A stretch of DNA of 63,512 nt, filler included, from Octopus bimaculoides (lineage: Eukaryota), in assembly GCF_001194135.2 (NCBI RefSeq). It is 5 parts of 5 records of this genome, joined end to end, with 100 filler letters (N's around TTAATTAATTAA, not from the genome) between each part and the next. Parts side by side here need not be neighbours in the genome. Positions count along the whole stretch, not along the records: positions 39,566 to 52,511 come from NC_068984.1; positions 52,612 to 60,327 come from NC_069000.1; positions 60,428 to 63,512 come from NC_068987.1; 2 more parts are not named here. One strand, written 5' to 3'. The notes under the pieces were generated by a model. It worked only from the letters and a program-made list of their open reading frames with translations. It made no database searches and was not told the DNA's origin. Shown here one piece after another: positions 51,250 through 63,512 of the stretch (position 1 is its first letter; each line of letters starts with the position of its first letter). The position numbers were made by a program, and so were the translations under genes.

Positions 51250-52270
51250 GGACTTATGAGGGGAGGGGGTCAGTCGATACCTTCCTTAACCCTGGTGCTT
51301 GACCGATCTCCTAAAAAGATGAGAAGCGAAGTTAACCCCGGCACAATTTGAATCCACAACATAAGAAAAAAAAAAAAGAAAGAAACTGGAGCAAATATCG
51401 CAAGTCATTTTCTCAGCGTTCTAACGATTCTTATTTCTTTATTGCCCACAAGGGGCTTAAACATAGAGGGGACAAACAAGGACAGACAAAGGGATTAAGT
51501 CGATTACATCGACCCCAGTGCGTAACTGGTACTTAATTTATTGACCCTGAAAGGATGAACGGCAAAGTCGACTTCGGCAGAATTTGAACTCAGAACGTAA
51601 CGGCAGACGAAATACCTATTTCTTTATTGCCCACAAGGGGCTAAACAAGGACAGACAAAGGGATTAAGTCGATTACATCGACCCAGTGCGTAACTGGTAC
51701 TTAATTTATCGACCCCGAAAGGATGAAAGGCAAAGTCGACTTCGGCGGAATTTGAACTCAGAACGTAACGGCAGACGAAATACCGCTAAGCATTTCGCCC
51801 GGCGTTCTAACGATTCTGCCAGCTCACCATCTTAGTATCTTGTATAAGTAATTCTTTCTAATGTTGGCATAAGGCCAGCAATTTTCAGTGGAATACTTAA
51901 CTGGTACTTATTTTATCAACTCCACAAAACAAAGAAAGGCAGAGTCGACATCAGCGGAATTTGAAATTAGAATGTTATGCCGGAAGAAAATGCTACGAAG
52001 TATTTTGTCTGACGTACTAACGATTCTGCCAACTTGTTGCTTTTGTTATTAATCAAAATAATCCTTCCTACTATAGGTACGAAACCTGGAATTTGGGGTA
52101 GGAGACTTGTCGACTACATCAATCCTAATTCTCAACTTCTACTTATTTCATCGACCCCCGGAAGGGATGAAAAGCAAAATCGACCTCGGAGGAATTTAAA
52201 CCCAGGGCGTAAAACCGGAAATGCAACAAAGTTCTTTTGTCCCTCGTGCTAACGATTCTGCCAACTCGCT
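51250..52270 (-). mobile_element. Cluster of tandem family A SINE copies
   Basis: At least four same-orientation copies, including a near-exact duplication (about 51430-51620 and 51620-51830). Confidence 0.8.
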
Positions 52271-52287
52271 ACCTTATTATAGGTGTA

Positions 52288-52362
<75 letters not shown>

Positions 52363-52743
52363 TAAAAAAAAAAATAATAATAATAAAAAGCTTCATCTCT
52401 AAAAGTGAAGTTGAGAGAGGCACGGTTGACAAGGTTGAGTACGCATCTGCACGGATATACGCAAGCCTGGGCAAACTTTATTTTCAGGAAGACCAGCAGT
52501 TGGCCATGAATNNNNNNNNNNNNNNNNNNNNNNNNNNNNNNNNNNNNNNNNNNNNTTAATTAATTAANNNNNNNNNNNNNNNNNNNNNNNNNNNNNNNNN
52601 NNNNNNNNNNNAATATATGTATATATATATAATTATGATAATAATATTAGGGATAAAAATCCAAATTTACAGGGAAAAATTCAATTTCATTTAATTTATC
52701 AAAATTAAAATTAAATGAAATTTAACAATATATAATATATAAA

Positions 52744-53018
52744 TATATAATTTAGAGAAAAAACCCACAATTATTGAATTCATCCATGAAAAACCACTAT
52801 CACATATAGAAAAATTTAATAAGTAAATACACTAAAAAGACCTATAATAAAAACAAAAAAAGTACAAAGTAATAAATATTAAAATAATAAAAATGACTAC
52901 ACATGTTTCATAACCACATTTACAAATAGAAAATAAAATAAAAATTATATTGATTCAAAATAAATGGATCGAAAATCAATTCTATTCAAAAATATAGCTA
53001 ATCTTCAGGTCAAAATAC

Positions 53019-53058
<40 letters not shown>

Positions 53059-54384
53059 TGAATGTATATATATCAACTAACAATAAATATCAAATGAATT
53101 TATATAAAAATACTTATTTTACCAATAAATAAAAGAAAAACATTTAACAATATTACTGAAAATAAATACAATACTTATCTTATCGAAGCTTTAGTTTAAA
53201 CTAAAATTTTAAATGTTATACTATTAACTTAACGTTTATTAGAATTAAGTCGCATGAAAATATGGCGTAAAGAAAAGTAATAGAATAAAGAGATATATAA
53301 ATATGTATGTAAGTTTTCTTTATAAAATCAAAATGTATTTTAGTTTTAATCATAATAATCTTATTATTGATATTGTTATATTTATTATTTATATTATTAA
53401 ATTTATTATTATCATTAAATGAATTAAATTTAATCCTATTATTTTATCCATTACAATTATGTTTGTTTTTTATTATCATAATACCTATTATTCTTACCAT
53501 TATTAACTAAGTAGACCTTATCATAATTCTTAATGTTATGTTTATCATAAAAAATAAATGGATCATTAATATTATACTTTTTGATAAAGAATTGAATATT
53601 ATTATTAGTATGATGATGATGATGATGATGATCCTGCCTCATGAAGGGCTTCATTGTAATAAGGTGCATGTTTTTCAAAAATCTCAAAATTAGAAGAAAG
53701 TGATGATATTCTCTTACCTATATTATATGTTAACGATTTCTTAATTGAGAGTGGATGATTACTATTAGCATTAATATATCTAATGTTTTCATTAATTTTA
53801 TGGAATGGTTGGGTTTTACTTGAATCGGGTGCCCCCATTGGTATATCAAAATAGTTCCTAGTATCCTTCCTAGCCCACAACTTGTTATTATATTTAATCA
53901 ACAATTTCCTAGCCATAATAAACGTTAAGTTAATAGTATAACGTTTAAAATTTTAGTTTAAAGTAAAGCTTCGATAAGATAAATATTACATTTATTTTCA
54001 GTAATATTGTTAAATGTTTTTCTTTTATTTATTGGTAAAATGAGTATTTTTATATAAATTCATTTGATATTTATTGTTAGTCGATATATATACATTCATT
54101 TTATTATTATTATTGTATTTTGACCTGAAGATTAGCTATATTTTTGAATAGAATTGATTTTTGATCGATTTTGAATCAATTTGATTTTTATTTTATTTTC
54201 TATTTGAAAATGTGGTTATGAAACACGTGTAGTCATTTTTATTATTTTAATATTTATTACTTTGTACCTTTTGTTTTTTATTATAGGTCTTTTTAGTGTA
54301 TTTACTTATTAAATTTTTCTATATGTGATAGTGGTTTTTCATGGATGAATTCAATAACTGTGGTTTTTTTCTCTAAATTATATA
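52744..54384 (-). mobile_element. Internally deleted Penelope-like element flanked by ~470-500 bp inverted arms
   Basis: Arms 52744-53240 and 53917-54384 are reverse complements. The spacer ORF 53605-53916 encodes FDIPMGAPDS...YINANSNHPLSIKKSL..ISSLSSNFEIFEKHAPYYNEAL, typical of Penelope/Poseidon RT and thumb regions. Confidence 0.8.
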
Positions 54385-54676
54385 TATCTTTCACTAATAT
54401 ATATTAGTGAAGAACATAATCAGCAAAAAAGCTGAAAGAACAATGTTTCTTGGACAAAATCTCTTGTAAAATTTATTCTGCACTATGTTACAAATACACC
54501 CTTGTCATCGAAAAAGCCATGATGAAGATATTTTCCATTAAAAACTTCTAACCAACAATGCTAATATTCAACAGTTGTGACATAAAATTAAATAATATAT
54601 CAAATGACAAGAAAACTAAGAATGAAAGGTAACAAGCAAGGAAAAACAGCAATAATAATCTATGTTTAGACCTTAC

Positions 54677-54786
54677 TTTATGATTGGCTGCTACTTGTGC
54701 CCTTAGGTCACTGAGGTTGTGCTGTAAATTTCGAGTACCACTGCTGCCTGAGTATTTTGCTGGAAGCATTAAAGCTTCAGTGACAG
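54677..54786 (-). CDS. OPLAH: 5-oxoprolinase internal exon: (A)[36 protein letters not shown]
   Basis: Acceptor catttatttttctctcttcttgtag|, donor AAA|gtaagg, 110 nt (phase 1 to 0). Matches human [42 protein letters not shown]. Confidence 0.9.
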
Positions 54787-54944
54787 CTACAAGAAGAGAG
54801 AAAAATAAATGAAACAGTAGAATCTGAGGTAAGTAATAATGGTTCAGCTTCAGCAAATAGTAAGAAGAAAATGTTTGTGAAGTGAAATTAATTATTTTGG
54901 CATAATTAAGACAAGAATTCTGTTTTATATATCAATATCATCAT

Positions 54945-55945
54945 CATTTAACGTCCGTTTTCTATGCTGGTATGGATTGGACAGCTTGAATTGAAACTGG
55001 TAAGATGGGGAGCTGCACCAAGTTCAAATCTAATCTGGCATGGTTTTTATGGCTGGATGCCCTTTCTGGCACTAACCACTCCAAGAATGTAGTGGGTGCT
55101 TTTTACGTGGCAGTTATGTAACACCAACAAAGGCCACAAATACAATCTCACTTGGTGTGACAGGTTTTCTCAAGCACGGTATATTGCCAAAGGTGTCAGT
55201 CACTTGTCACTACCTCTGTGAGGCCCAATGTTTAAACAGTTCTTTTTATGTGCCAGTTATGTGACGCTGGCATTGGCTACAACTACGATTTCACTTGGCT
55301 TGACGAGTCTACTCAAGCATGGCATATTGCCAAATGGTTTTTACATACCAGTTACAGAACACTGGTAGTGGCCACAACTATGATTTCATTTGGCTTGACA
55401 GGTCTTCTCAAGCACAGCATATCGCCAAAGGTCTCGGTCACTTGTGATTGCCTCCATGACGCCAAATGTTTAAAGATCATGCTTCACCATCTTGTCCCAT
55501 GCCTTCCCACATGTACCACTTCCAGAGGTTCCCTCCACCATTAGAGTTTGGCACAACTGTCCTCATTCATATGCATCACATGACGATATCAGTACAGTTA
55601 TCTCTCTTGCGCACCGCATCTAATGGCTCTTATGCCCAACTGAAGATGCTTACAATCTGTTGTGCATGCACACTGACATTACACATCCAGTACTTCATTT
55701 CTTTCAAGCCTACACATGTCTTTGGCAGTCACAGCCCATGTTTCACTGCTGCAGAGCATGGCTGTTTGCACACAGGCATCTTACAATCTGCCTTTCACTC
55801 TGAGAGAGAGGCCCTTTATTACCAACAGTGATAGGAGCTCTCTGAACTTTACCCAACCCATTCTTATTCTAGTAGCTACACTCTTGGAGCCTTCACTTCT
55901 ACTACTGACTTAGTCACCGAAGTAACGGAAGCTATCAACTACTTC
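54945..55945 (-). mobile_element. Degenerate RTE LINE 3' portion
   Basis: (TCA)n tail at 54945. The minus strand translates LEVVDSFRY..RIRMGWVKFREL..L..KGLSLRVKGRL, with stops. Confidence 0.75.
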
Positions 55946-56171
55946 TAGTTTTTTTCCCCTAGCATATATATATATATCTATATCTATATATATAAATGAA
56001 TAGAAAATGGAGATATATATATGTTATATATATATATATCTCCATTTTCTATTCATTTTTATAAATTTATACACATGTGTATATACACATGTAATTTGTA
56101 AGGATTTCTCTGCAAAATTGGGTATTTAACAGTGGAGCCAGTGAAAGATTGGGTGATTTTATCCCCATTTT

Positions 56172-56229
<58 letters not shown>

Positions 56230-56334
56230 ATGCATACACCAGAATAAGCACATAAATATGAAACAAGGTGGAAAAAATAGCACTGGAATACTGGAGGTAG
56301 AGTAATATGCTTTATTAAAAAAGTATATATATAT

Positions 56335-56500
56335 CATCATCATCATCATCATCGTCGTTTAACGTCTGCTTTCCGTGCTAGCATGGGTTGGACGATTTGA
56401 CTGAGGACTGGTGAAACCGGATGGCAACACCAGGCTCCAATCTAAATTTAGCAGAGTTTCTACAGCTGGATGCCCTTCCTAACGCCAACCACTCAGAGAG
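56335..56500 (-). mobile_element. Short RTE 3' end fragment
   Basis: catcatcatcgtcgtttaacgtctgctttccgtgctagcatgggttgg, same family as 57504. Confidence 0.7.
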
Positions 56501-57333
56501 TATATATATATATATACAGTAAAGGCTATTTGCCAACATAATGTGGCTGTACTGGAAGGGATGACTGTTACTGTTGTTTAACCCCAGGAAACATTGTTTC
56601 CTGCTGGCTATATGACACAATACCTGTGTCCTTATATTGTCATATTGATGTTCCCTGGGGCTAAACAACAGTAACAATCGTCCCTTCCGAGACAGCCACA
56701 TTATGTTGGTAAATAGCCTTTACATTAAAGAATTGTTACTGAATATCTCTCTTTGAGAGATTTAGAAATAATAATGTTTACTCTTTACTCTTTTACTTGT
56801 TTCAGTCATTTGACTGTGGCCATGCTGGAGCACCGCCTTTAATCGAGCAAATCGACCCCAGGACTTATTCTTTGGAAGCCTAGTACTTATTCTATCAGTC
56901 TCTTTTGCCGAACCGCTAAGTTAGAGGGACGTAAACACACCAGCATTGGTTGTCAAGTGATGTTGGGGGGACAAACACAGACACACAAACATATAAGGCG
57001 GCAAGCTGCCAGAAACGATAGCACGCCGGGTGAAATNNNNNNNNNNNNNNNNNNNNNNNNNNNNNNNNNNNNNNNNNNNNNNNNNNNNNNNNNNNNNNNN
57101 NNNNNNNNNNNNNNNNNNNNNNNNNNNNNNNNNNNNNNNNNNNNNNNNNNNNNNNNNNNNNNNNNNNNNNNNNNCAATTAAATAAGTACCAGTTATGCAC
57201 TGGGGGCGATATAATCGACTTAATCCATTTGTCTGTCCTTGTTTGTCCCCTCTGTGTGTAACCCCTTGTGGGTAGTAAAGAAATAACACATACACACATA
57301 CATATATATATATATATATACACACATATATAT

Positions 57334-57384
<51 letters not shown>

Positions 57385-57481
57385 TACGACAGGCTACTTT
57401 CAGTTTCCGTCTACCAAATCCACTCACAAGGCTTTGGTCGGCTCGAGGCTGTTGGATGACTTTCGGTCAACTCTGTATATA

Positions 57482-59038
57482 CAGGGTGTTCCAAAAGTCA
57501 CTGATCATCATCATCGTCATCGTTTAACGTCCGCTTTCCATGCTAGCATGGGTTGGATGATTTGACTGAGGACTGGTGAACCAGATGGCTACACTAGGCT
57601 CCAATCTGATTTGGCAGAGAGTCTACAGCTGGATGCCCTTTCTAACACCAACCACTCTGAGAGTGTAGTGGGTGCTTTTATGTGCCACCGGCACGAAGAC
57701 CAGTCAGGCGGTACTGGCAATGGCCATGCTCAAAATGGTGTATTTTATGTGCCACATGCACAGGAGCCAGTCCAGCAGCACTGGCATCGATCTCGCTCGA
57801 ATGTCATTTCACGTGCCACCAGCACAAGTGCCAGGAAGGCGAGGCTGGTAACAATCACACTCAGATGGTGCTATTTACGGCACAGAAGCCAGACAGCTGC
57901 TCTGGCAACGATCACGCTTGAACGGTGCTCTTAGCGCTCCACTGGTACAGGTGCCACCACAATTTCACTTTCGCTTGCCTCAACAGGTCTTCGCAAGTGG
58001 AGTCGAGAGTCCAATGAAGGAAAGGTACGCATAAGTGGGATGGCTACATCCCTGGCAGAGGCCATGGATTTTGGTTTCACTTGGCTTGCCGGGTCTTCTC
58101 ACGCACAGCATATTTCCGGGTTTCAATTTGTAATAACTTCTTAACTTTTCAAATAAATGCATGAAATTTTCATACAATATAAAGGACATAATGGAAATTT
58201 ATATGCACAAGTTAAATTTTGCAACACCGCTACATCACATATGAAAAATGACATCACTTAAATGGCAACCATGTTCAGCTTTGCACACTCGTGCTCTTTC
58301 CAAAACTTGCACCATAACACCCTTAAGAGTTTTAGACCCCATTTCTCTAATTTCTCTATTGATGTTCTCCTTCAGTTGCACCAGGGTCTCCGGTTTGTTG
58401 ACGTAAACCCTTTATTTCAGGTGTCCATGATTGAGACCTTTCTGCACCAGGCTATTCAAATTAGACCTCACACATGGTTCCAGCAAGGGAAACAATGCAG
58501 TTGCTATGACAGTGCTTTAGAGAGAGAATAATCTCCTGCTACGGCGATGTCAACTGGCCTTTGCATTCTCCAGGCTTGACTAGCCCGGATTTTTTCTTGT
58601 GGGGATACCTGAAAGAGAGGGTTTATGTCAACAAACCAGAGACCCTAGTGCATCAATAGAGAGATCAGAAACTCTTGAGGGTGTTATGGTACAAGTTTTT
58701 GAAAGACCACAGGCATGCGAAGCTGAAAATGGCTGCCATTTAAGTTATGTCATTTTTAATATGTGAGTTAGGGGTGTTGACAAATATGACCAGTGCATAT
58801 TAATTTCCATAATGTCCTTTATATTGCATCAACATTTCATGCATTTATTTGTAAGGTTAATGAAGTTATTAAAAATTGAAACAAATATATATATTGTTGT
58901 GTATGGATGAGTCATATTGTCTCAATGACTTATTATCTAACACATTCACTGGTTCAATTTCCACTCATTTATTATTTGTTTATATATTTATTATTTATAT
59001 TTTTTCTTTCAAAAATTTTCTGGCTTTTGCAACCCTGT
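57482..59038. mobile_element. Tc1/mariner-derived fold-back relic, interrupted by an RTE
   Basis: TIR ta-cagggtgttccaaaagtcac at 57482 and a degenerate partner at about 59019-59038. Transposase C-terminal remnant WFQQ...WPLHSPGLTSPDFFLWGYLKERVYVNKP at about 58475-58640. About 58109-58426 and 58603-58882 are inverted copies. Confidence 0.7.
57504..58108 (-). mobile_element. RTE LINE 3' end inserted into a Tc1/mariner relic
   Basis: Reverse complement of about 59850-60327, with a tcatcatc tail. Confidence 0.75.
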
Positions 59039-59240
59039 CAATAGATGTTGACTCTGTCCGTTATTGGAGCTGCATATACTTATCATCATCATTTATATCC
59101 TCTTTTCTATGCTGGCATAGTTTGAGAAGAACAGATGAGTCGCCAGAAGGATGTACTAGATTCTACGTTTGCTTTGACATGGTTTCTATGGTTGGCTACT
59201 CTTCCCAATGCCAACCTTTTTACAGAGTGTACTGTGTGCC

Positions 59241-59275
<35 letters not shown>

Positions 59276-59289
59276 CCCAATGACTGGTG

Positions 59290-60327
59290 TAGCAGCAGCA
59301 TAGTCAACTGCTACAAAGGTAAAGGGGACGCTTTAGATACAAATAATTACAGAGGTATCAAGGTGTTGGATCAGGTAATGAAAGTCACGGAGAGGGTCAT
59401 AGCCCAACTAATTAGGGAGAGAGTCAGTTTAGATGAGATGCAGTTTGGGTTCGTGCCAGGGAAAAGCACCACTGATGCTATATTTCTGGTAAGACAGCTT
59501 CAGGAGAAATATCTAGCCAAGGATAAACCTCTGTACCTGGCTTTCGTTGACATGGAGAAAGCCTTTGACAGGGTGCCCCAATCCCTTATCTGGTGGTCAA
59601 TGAGGAAACTAGGGATAGAAGAATGTTTAGTGAGAGCTGTGCGAGCCATGTACAGAGATGCTGTCAGTAAGGTGAGGGTTGGCAACGAGTACAGTGAAGA
59701 ATTCCAGGTAGAGGTAGGGGTCCACCAAGATTCAGACCTCAGCACCCTCCTATTTATCATAGTCCTCCAGGCAATAACAGAGGAATTCAAGACAGGATGC
59801 CCCTGGGAGCTCCTCTATGCTGATGACCTTGCGCTAATTGCTGAGTCACAAAGCGAAATTGTGATGGCACCTGTACCAGTGGAGCGCTAGTAGCACCATC
59901 GGAGCGTGATCGTTGCCAGAGCAGCTGTCTGGCTTCCGTGCCAGTGGCACGTAAATAACACCATTTGAGTGTGATCATTACCAGCATCACCTTACTGGCA
60001 CTTGTGCTGGTGGCATGTGAAAAGACATTCGAGCGAGGTCGTCACCAGTGCCACTGGACTGGCTCCTGTGCAGGTGGCACGTAAAATACACCATTTTGAG
60101 CGTGGCCGTTGCCAGTACTGCCTGACTGGTCTTCGTGCCGGTGTCACATAAAAGCACCCACTACACACTCGGAATAGTTGGCGTTAAGAAGGGCATCCAG
60201 CTGTAGAAACTCTGCCAAATCAGATTGGAGCCTGGTGTAGCCATCTGGTTCGCCAGTCCTCAGTCAAATCGCCCAACCCATGCTAGCATGGAAAGCGGAC
60301 GTTAAACGATGATCATGATAATGATGA
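59290..60327 (+). mobile_element. 5'-truncated, internally deleted RTE-clade LINE (RT fragment, 3' UTR and (GAT)n tail)
   Basis: IVNCYKGKGDALDTNNYRGIK...QFGFVPGKSTTDAIFLVRQLQEK...AFVDMEKAFDRVP...GVHQ...LLYADDL, followed by a 3' end ...gcatggaaagcggacgttaaacgatgat. Confidence 0.9.
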
Positions 60328-60518
60328 NNNNNNNNNNNNNNNNNNNNNNNNNNNNNNNNNNNNNNNNNNNNTTAATTAATTAANNNNNNNNNNNNNNNNN
60401 NNNNNNNNNNNNNNNNNNNNNNNNNNNGTTCCCTTCCTTCTTTTTCTTCCACATATCTTCTTTTTCATCCATTTCTTCTTATACCTACACCTAAATATAC
60501 TCCTCCTATTTTTTCTTC

Positions 60519-60792
60519 TTCATCCTCTTTGATTGCCGTATTCTTCTTCTTCTTCTTTTTCTTCTTCTTCTTCTTCTTCTTCTTCTTCTTCTTCTTCTTC
60601 TTCTTCTTCTTTTTCATCATCATCTTCTTCTTCTTCTTCTTCTTCTTCTTCTTCTTCTTCTTCTTCTTCTTCTTCTTCTTCTTCCGCTTCTTCTTTTTCT
60701 TCTTCTTCCACTTTATTCATCCCCTCCTCCTTCTCCTCCTTTGCCACCATCGTTGTCATCTTTTACTTCTTCATCGGCATTTTAGCTCCTTC

Positions 60793-60848
<56 letters not shown>

Positions 60849-60850
60849 TT
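60519..60850. repeat. (TTC)n followed by (TTTC)n microsatellite block
   Basis: Read directly from the sequence. Many other (CA)n, (TA)n, (CT)n, (GACA)n and (AAT)n tracts occur, most gaps being flanked by them. Confidence 0.95.
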
Positions 60851-61167
60851 CATCTTCTTTTTCCTTCCTTCCTTCCCTCCTGCTACCTGCCCACTCAGCT
60901 TACACCTCACCTCAACATCATGCTATCCAAACTCATCGGACACAAACCGAATTTCGTCTCAGCCTCTCCACCCTTCCCCCCACAATCCGAACGATCCACC
61001 TCACCTTAACATCACGACACCCTACCTATTAATATTGCTTGATACGCTTCAGCAATTCTACCTTCATCAACTGAAGCGTACAAGCTTTTTCTTTTGCGTT
61101 TTGCTCCTCTGATGCCAGTATAGAAAACATACGCACAAACACCTGCACACACTCACACACACATACA

Positions 61168-61550
61168 TTGTTGTTGGCACTCCGTCGCTTACGACGTCGA
61201 GGGTTCCAGTTGATCCGATCAACGGAACAGCCTGCTCGTGAAATTAACGTGCAAGTGGCTGAGCACTCCACAGACACGTGTACCCTTAACGTAGTTCTCG
61301 GTGATATTCAGCGTGACACAGTGTGACAAGGCTGGCCCTTTGAAATACAGGCACAACAGAAACAGGAAGAAAGAGTGAGAGACAGTTGTGGCGAAAGAGT
61401 ACAGCAGGGTTCGCTACCATCCCCTGCTGGAGCCTCGTGGGGCTTTAGGTGTTTTCGCGCAATAACACTCACAACGCCCGGTCTGGGAATCGAAACCGCG
61501 AACCTATGACCGCGAGTCCGCTGCCCTAACCACTGGGCCATTACGCCTCA
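61168..61550 (-). mobile_element. Family C SINE, full length
   Basis: Colinear with 16505-16887. Confidence 0.9.
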
Positions 61551-61687
61551 ACATACACATACATACATACATACACACAAGTGAGCCAGTGCGCGCACAC
61601 ACACATACACACGCACACATACATACACACGCACACACAAGCACAAACACGTTAAGAAACATGTACATATACACACATGCATCTAGA

Positions 61688-61794
61688 TCAGGGCTCCTCA
61701 GCCATTTTTTTTTTGTCTATGGACCCCTTTGATCACAATTTTTTTTCTGGTGGTCTCCCATAGCCATTCGATGTTTAAAAAATAGTTTTATACT
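61688..61794 (+). mobile_element. 5' part of the same Charlie-type MITE family, interrupted by a SINE
   Basis: cagggctcctcagccattttt...tatggacccctttgat matches 16941-17030. Confidence 0.6.
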
Positions 61795-63129
61795 CTCTTT
61801 TACTCTTTTACTTGTTTCAGTCATTTGACTGCGGCCATGCTGGAGCACCGCCTTTAGTCGAGCAAATCGACCCCCAGGACTTATTCTTTGTAAGCTTGGT
61901 ACTTATTCTATCGTTCTCTTTTGCCGAACCGCTAAGTTACGGGGACGTAAATACACCAGCATCGGTTGTCAAGCGATGTTGGGGGGACATACACAGACAC
62001 ACAAACACATACACACACACACACACACACACATACACNNNNNNNNNNNNNNNNNNNNNNNNNNNNNNNNNNNNNNNNNNNNNNNNNNNNNNNNNNNNNN
62101 NNNNNNNNNNNNNNNNNNNNNNNNNNNNNNNNNNNNNNNNNNNNNNNNNNNNNNNNNNNNNNNNNNNNNNNNNNNNNNNNNNNNNNNNNNNNNNNNNNNN
62201 NNNNNNNNNNNNNNNNNNNNNNNNNNNNNNNNNNNNNNNNNNNNNNNNNNNNNNNNNNNNNNNNNNNNNNNNNNNNNNNNNNNNNNNNNNNNNNNNNNNN
62301 NNNNNNNNNNNNNNNNNNNNNNNNNNNNNNNNNNNNNNNNNNNNNNNNNNNNNNNNNNNNNNNNNNNNNNNNNNNNNNNNNNNNNNNNNNNNNNNNNNNN
62401 NNNNNNNNNNNNNNNNNNNNNNNNNNNNNNNNNNNNNNNNNNNNNNNNNNNNNNNNNNNNNNNNNNNNNNNNNNNNNNNNNNNNNNNNNNNNNNNNNNNN
62501 NNNNNNNNNNNNNNNNNNNNNNNNNNNNNNNNNNNNNNNNNNNNNNNNNNNNNNNNNNNNNNNNNNNNNNNNNNNNNNNNNNNNNNNNNNNNNNNNNNNN
62601 NNNNNTACTTACCACACAGTCACTCAAATACTTTTTTCAAAATTCCTATTTTGGTTTTCACCTGCTTAGATGAACCATTAAGATTTGTGATTAAATAAAT
62701 GAATAAGGTTAATATTCTTTTCTACACAAGGCCCGAAATTTTGGGTGAGGGGCTAGTCGATTAGATCGATCCCAGTATGTAACTGGTACTTAATTTATCG
62801 ACTCCGAAAGGATGAAAGGCAAAGTCGACCTCGGCAGAATTTAACATTAATAATGAATTTGGCATTTTCGATGGATGTACAACGCATACCTAGCACACCC
62901 AGAATATATGCCCCTGTGATTTACTCAAACAAACCGATTCCAAAACTTAATTTAAATCTGGTTCTTATTCAGTAGATATCGTTTATCTAAATTGCTGTGC
63001 AAAGGAGCTGAACCCGAAACTACGTGGTCGCAAAGCAAGCTTCTTTACTATATGGCCATGGCTTCATCTATACAAATTACAACTCCTAAAAAAAAAAGAT
63101 AAAGACATCCTTCGCTCATAAATGACCAT

Positions 63130-63430
63130 GAGACTGCACCTAGAAAGTTTCGCTTCCGATGCACAAGTCCAGGCAAGGCTGTTTATGGGAAACCAGTTGA
63201 CGCCCATGCATACCAGCCTCCCCTCTCCATGCCACCAATTTATCCAAGGGAAAGGCCGATACAACTTGGCACCAGTGACGTCGCAACTCATTTCTACAGC
63301 TGAGTGAACTGGAGCAACGCGAAATAAAGTGTCTTGCTCAATAACACAACACACAGCCAGGTCTAGGAATCGATCTCCCTACTTCATGATTGTGAACCCG
63401 ATGCTCTAACTACTGAGCCATGCACCTTCA
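63130..63430 (-). mobile_element. tRNA-derived SINE (family D)
   Basis: Minus-strand head gaaggtgcatggctcagtagttagagcatcgggttcacaatcatgaag...tcgattcctagac, followed by a ...gagcaagacactttattt core. Confidence 0.75.
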
Positions 63431-63512
63431 CAACTCCTGCTGCCACAAAATATTCATAGTCATTTTTACCTCCGCCTTAGCGAAGGCGGATATATATTTT
63501 CAGTCGTGTTTG

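Noticed and set aside
60520-61032. Poly-E, poly-F and poly-S ORFs
   Set aside because: They come from a (TTC)n microsatellite and have no splice or protein context.

Overview
AT-rich, microsatellite-rich animal genomic DNA with many assembly gaps. The tRNA-derived SINE families, (GAT)n-tailed RTE LINEs and Penelope remnants look like an octopod cephalopod draft assembly; this is inferred from recalled repeat families, not from a search. Four protein-coding loci are visible and overlap one another. (1) A giant ~4.6 kb minus-strand coding exon (5432->851) of a SOGA/MTCL-family coiled-coil protein with an N-terminal C3H zinc-finger-like motif. (2) The last five coding exons of a plus-strand serine palmitoyltransferase 1 (SPTLC1/LCB1) gene (10645-26856), with consistent GT-AG phases. 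Its 5' exons are not visible, so it probably spans the SOGA exon in antisense. (3) An intact, intronless, divergent actin ORF (19902-21032, +) nested in an SPTLC1 intron, with its own CCAAT-CCAAT-TATA promoter. (4) One minus-strand 5-oxoprolinase (OPLAH) exon (54786->54677) with no other OPLAH exon visible in the window. The rest is transposon-derived: hAT-Charlie MITEs with 8-bp TSDs, Tc1/mariner relics, RTE and Penelope fragments, and several SINE families. Notable non-coding structures are two copies of a candidate minimal hammerhead ribozyme in a Penelope-like repeat, a ~250-nt hairpin just 3' of the SPTLC1 stop, two large fold-back elements and a MITE with head-to-head telomeric repeats. 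Protein family calls come from remembered sequences and need database confirmation. Repeat boundaries are approximate unless a TSD is quoted.
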